Virus record (IMG/VR): IMGVR_UViG_2974747673_000001
Coordinates: 39,882 to 66,914 of that record
Direction: 5' to 3' (one strand)
Length of the DNA stretch: 27,033 nt
From: a virus
Lineage: Duplodnaviria; Heunggongvirae; Uroviricota; Caudoviricetes
Part shown: positions 24,857 to 27,033 of the stretch, piece by piece
Numbering within the stretch: the stretch's first letter is position 1
Layout of the letters: each line of letters starts with the position of its first letter
Translations under genes and position numbers: made by a program
The notes under the pieces: generated by a model
Told to the model about the DNA's origin: nothing
The model's input: the letters and a program-made list of their open reading frames with translations, nothing else
The model's database searches: none

Positions 24857-25606
24857 TTAAAATATTTCAAATCCACCTTTCCAATAATTTCTAGTACCTA
24901 CTTTTATATTAAATTCTTTATTTAATTGTTTTGCTAACTCTGTTACATATTCCATTGTTGGAACTTTAAACTCACAACCCTTAACTTCATTATATTTTCT
25001 TAATGTCCAAAATACATTGTTATAATGTTTTAATTCCTTTGCTATTTCTCTAAGTTCTTCTATTGTTGTATCTGCAAATATTGGTGTTCTAACATCTACT
25101 ATAACATTGTTTTCTTCACATAAAGCTAATATTTCTTTTTGATGCATTCTAGGGTTATTTATTCCTGTTATTTTTTCTATGTTTTCTTTATAAAATGCTT
25201 TATAGTCCATTGCTATATAGTCTAAATATTCTATTATTGATTTTACATAATTATAATTACTTCCATTATGTGCTATTGATATTTTACTATTATAATTTTC
25301 TTTCATATATTTTGCTATTTCTAAACTTTCTTTTGGATATACACTTGGGTCGCCACCACTTAATCTTACCCTTCTACCTTTTATAGCTTCTCTATCTATT
25401 AGTTCTTTTAATTCTTTTATACTTACATTTCTAGTCTTTATTACATTTCCTTGACTATCTATGTATTGACAATCTCTCTTGCAATATGGACAGTGAAAAT
25501 TACACCCACCAAAAGAAATTATAGCCATTTCTTCTGTTTCTCTTTCAAATGCCTTTAAAAAATATGCCTTTCTTATTTCTAAGTTATTTCTATTTAATAA
25601 TTTCAT
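24857..25606 (-). CDS. Radical SAM protein of the glycyl-radical-activase (PflA/NrdG2-like) type, 249 aa (start revised to MKLLNR)
   Basis: GGCNFHCPYC CxxxCxxC, LSGGDP, DYIAMDYKA, VDVRTP; aaggag RBS before 25606. Confidence 0.85.
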   Translation of the reverse strand: MKLLNRNNLEIRKAYFLKAFERETEEMAIISFGGCNFHCPYCKRDCQYIDSQGNVIKTRNVSIKELKELIDREAIKGRRVRLSGGDPSVYPKESLEIAKYMKENYNSKISIAHNGSNYNYVKSIIEYLDYIAMDYKAFYKENIEKITGINNPRMHQKEILALCEENNVIVDVRTPIFADTTIEELREIAKELKHYNNVFWTLRKYNEVKGCEFKVPTMEYVTELAKQLNKEFNIKVGTRNYWKGGFEIF

Positions 25607-25634
25607 AATATCATCTCCTTTTATGTTATATCTC

Positions 25635-25663
25635 ATTATACACTATTTATAAAATTATGTCAA
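25635..25663 (-). promoter_or_regulatory. sigma70 promoter
   Basis: TTGACA-17-TATAAT; the -10 overlaps the ATG used by the ORF track. Confidence 0.85.
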
Positions 25664-25684
25664 TATATTTTTTTAGTGTATATT

Positions 25685-25713
25685 AAAAGAGATAGAGGGT
25701 TAGTCTATCTCTT
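25685..25713 (-). terminator. Intrinsic terminator
   Basis: aagagataga/tctatctctt plus U-tract. Confidence 0.8.
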
Positions 25714-25716
25714 AAA

Positions 25717-27033
25717 TTAAATATAATCTCTTGTTTCTGTATTATAAGTCTGTTCTGATATAACTTGAAATAAAGACATAAATTTATTTAAGTCTAGGTA
25801 ATTTATATGTAAATCCATAGCTCTAAAATTTAAAGGTCTAAAGTAATTTGCTAAATCTTTAATTGTACTATCTAACATTACTTGTTTATTTCCTTGAACA
25901 CCTATACAATTATTATTTCCATTTAACCATTCATCTAATCTAGGAAAATAAGGTTTAAAATGTTTAAACACATTCATTTTATTACTTAAATTAAAACCTA
26001 TTGCATTTTGATATAAATTTTCTTTCATATTAAAATTAAAAGTTTGAGTAAATGGTAATGTATATACTGTTTTTATCTTATAATATTCTTGTATATTTTT
26101 ATAAGGATTTTCTTTTTTCAAATAGGAAATTAAACTTACTCCATTACTTACTAACTTAGGTACTACTGAAAGTTTATACTCTGTATTATCCTCATATGTG
26201 AAAATAAAACCTGAAATATAACCTACACCATATGTACTCTTATTAGAACTATCATATATAGAAAGGAAATCTATTTGTCCTCCACTTTCTTTAAAATTCA
26301 TCTTAGGGTTATAAATAGTTTGCCAACCTGAAAAGAACCCTACATTATGATATTTTATATTTGAGAAATAAACAGAATCTTGTAAACCATTATGATATAT
26401 ACTAATACCCCAATCTTCCTTTGGGAATTTTACAGGAGTCATACTAAGTTCATAAGTTTTGTCCTCTAAATTAACATATACTTTATTATTCTTAACAAAA
26501 AATATATTCTCTAATAGTGAAGTTTTTTTCATTCTTACATAATTTTGTTCTCTTAATACATAAGGTTCTGAACCATATAACATAGAATTACAATCCGAAT
26601 AAGCATATAATTGTTGTGGGGATACTAACCCTATTGTACTTTCTGATGTTCTAACAATATATAACTTAGGTAATACTACTTTATAATCTACAGTACCTTC
26701 ACTTGAATCCCCTGAAACTTTAAGATATACTCTTTTAGTTCCTAAAGATTCAAAAGAAGTATTAGAACCTACCCCCTCTAATTTATATATTGAAACATTA
26801 CCACTTTGTCCTGTACAAGTTATATTACTCTTAATTTTGTGAATAACTTTTACATTTTCTCCATTTAAAACCCTATCAAATATACTATATAATCTTTCAT
26901 ACAGAGGATTAGGTCTATAATTAGGGTATTTTTTACTCACTGAAAGAAAATCTACCAAAGGTACAAGTTTATATTCTCCTTGACTTTTAACTACAAATGA
27001 ATATACTGGAGATTGTATTAAAAAAGTATTATA
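25717..27033 (-). CDS. C-terminal part of a large hypothetical protein, possibly virion or tail related; 5' end outside the window
   Basis: The frame stays open for 25 more codons upstream of the TTG at 26958, to the window edge; rich in S/Y/N/G/V. Confidence 0.8.
   Translation of the reverse strand, partial: YNTFLIQSPVYSFVVKSQGEYKLVPLVDFLSVSKKYPNYRPNPLYERLYSIFDRVLNGENVKVIHKIKSNITCTGQSGNVSIYKLEGVGSNTSFESLGTKRVYLKVSGDSSEGTVDYKVVLPKLYIVRTSESTIGLVSPQQLYAYSDCNSMLYGSEPYVLREQNYVRMKKTSLLENIFFVKNNKVYVNLEDKTYELSMTPVKFPKEDWGISIYHNGLQDSVYFSNIKYHNVGFFSGWQTIYNPKMNFKESGGQIDFLSIYDSSNKSTYGVGYISGFIFTYEDNTEYKLSVVPKLVSNGVSLISYLKKENPYKNIQEYYKIKTVYTLPFTQTFNFNMKENLYQNAIGFNLSNKMNVFKHFKPYFPRLDEWLNGNNNCIGVQGNKQVMLDSTIKDLANYFRPLNFRAMDLHINYLDLNKFMSLFQVISEQTYNTETRDYI

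Noticed and set aside
1087-25386. All plus-strand ORFs in the track (1087, 1145, 5581, 15894, 18206, 18339, 19210, 22930, 24139, 25195)
   Set aside because: No RBS; low-complexity I/L/F/Y/S composition typical of antisense or AT-rich shadow frames; most overlap well-supported minus-strand genes.
24857-25606. QueE (7-deazaguanine pathway) or viperin assignment for the radical SAM protein
   Set aside because: The AMDYKA and VRTP motifs fit glycyl-radical-activase-like proteins better, and no queC/queD/folE genes are in the window.

Overview
Very AT-rich segment (roughly three-quarters A+T by eye, not computed) of a large dsDNA bacteriophage genome. The window may start at a genome end. The host is probably a low-GC anaerobe such as Fusobacterium (inference). 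Essentially all genes are on the minus strand and are driven by about 16 near-consensus sigma70 promoters. (1) 1-915 is a perfect 273-bp inverted repeat around a 369-bp AT-rich spacer. (2) About 1.5-7.9 kb is an early or host-takeover-like array of small promoter-gene-terminator cassettes. It includes paralogues, a very acidic protein and unannotated 21-25 aa hydrophobic peptides. (3) About 8.1-8.7 kb is an ORF-less region with a divergent promoter, a degenerate 36-bp tandem array and a GC-rich patch. (4) 8.8-14.9 kb is class III anaerobic ribonucleotide reductase: nrdG, plus nrdD split by a group I intron (12588-14026) that carries a GIY-YIG homing endonuclease. The splice sites can be read from the sequence. 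(5) 15-23 kb holds hypothetical genes with several paralogue families and two intein/Hint-like fragments, plus a second ORF-less region of about 1 kb. (6) 23.1-25.6 kb holds a J-domain protein, an AcrIII-1 (DUF1874) ring-nuclease anti-CRISPR at the end of a three-gene operon with two unannotated small genes, and a second glycyl-radical-activase-type radical SAM enzyme. (7) A large ORF runs off the right edge. Seven dispersed imperfect hairpins with a TATA core and two recurring intergenic motifs are also present. All family assignments come from motif recognition by eye; no database searches were run.
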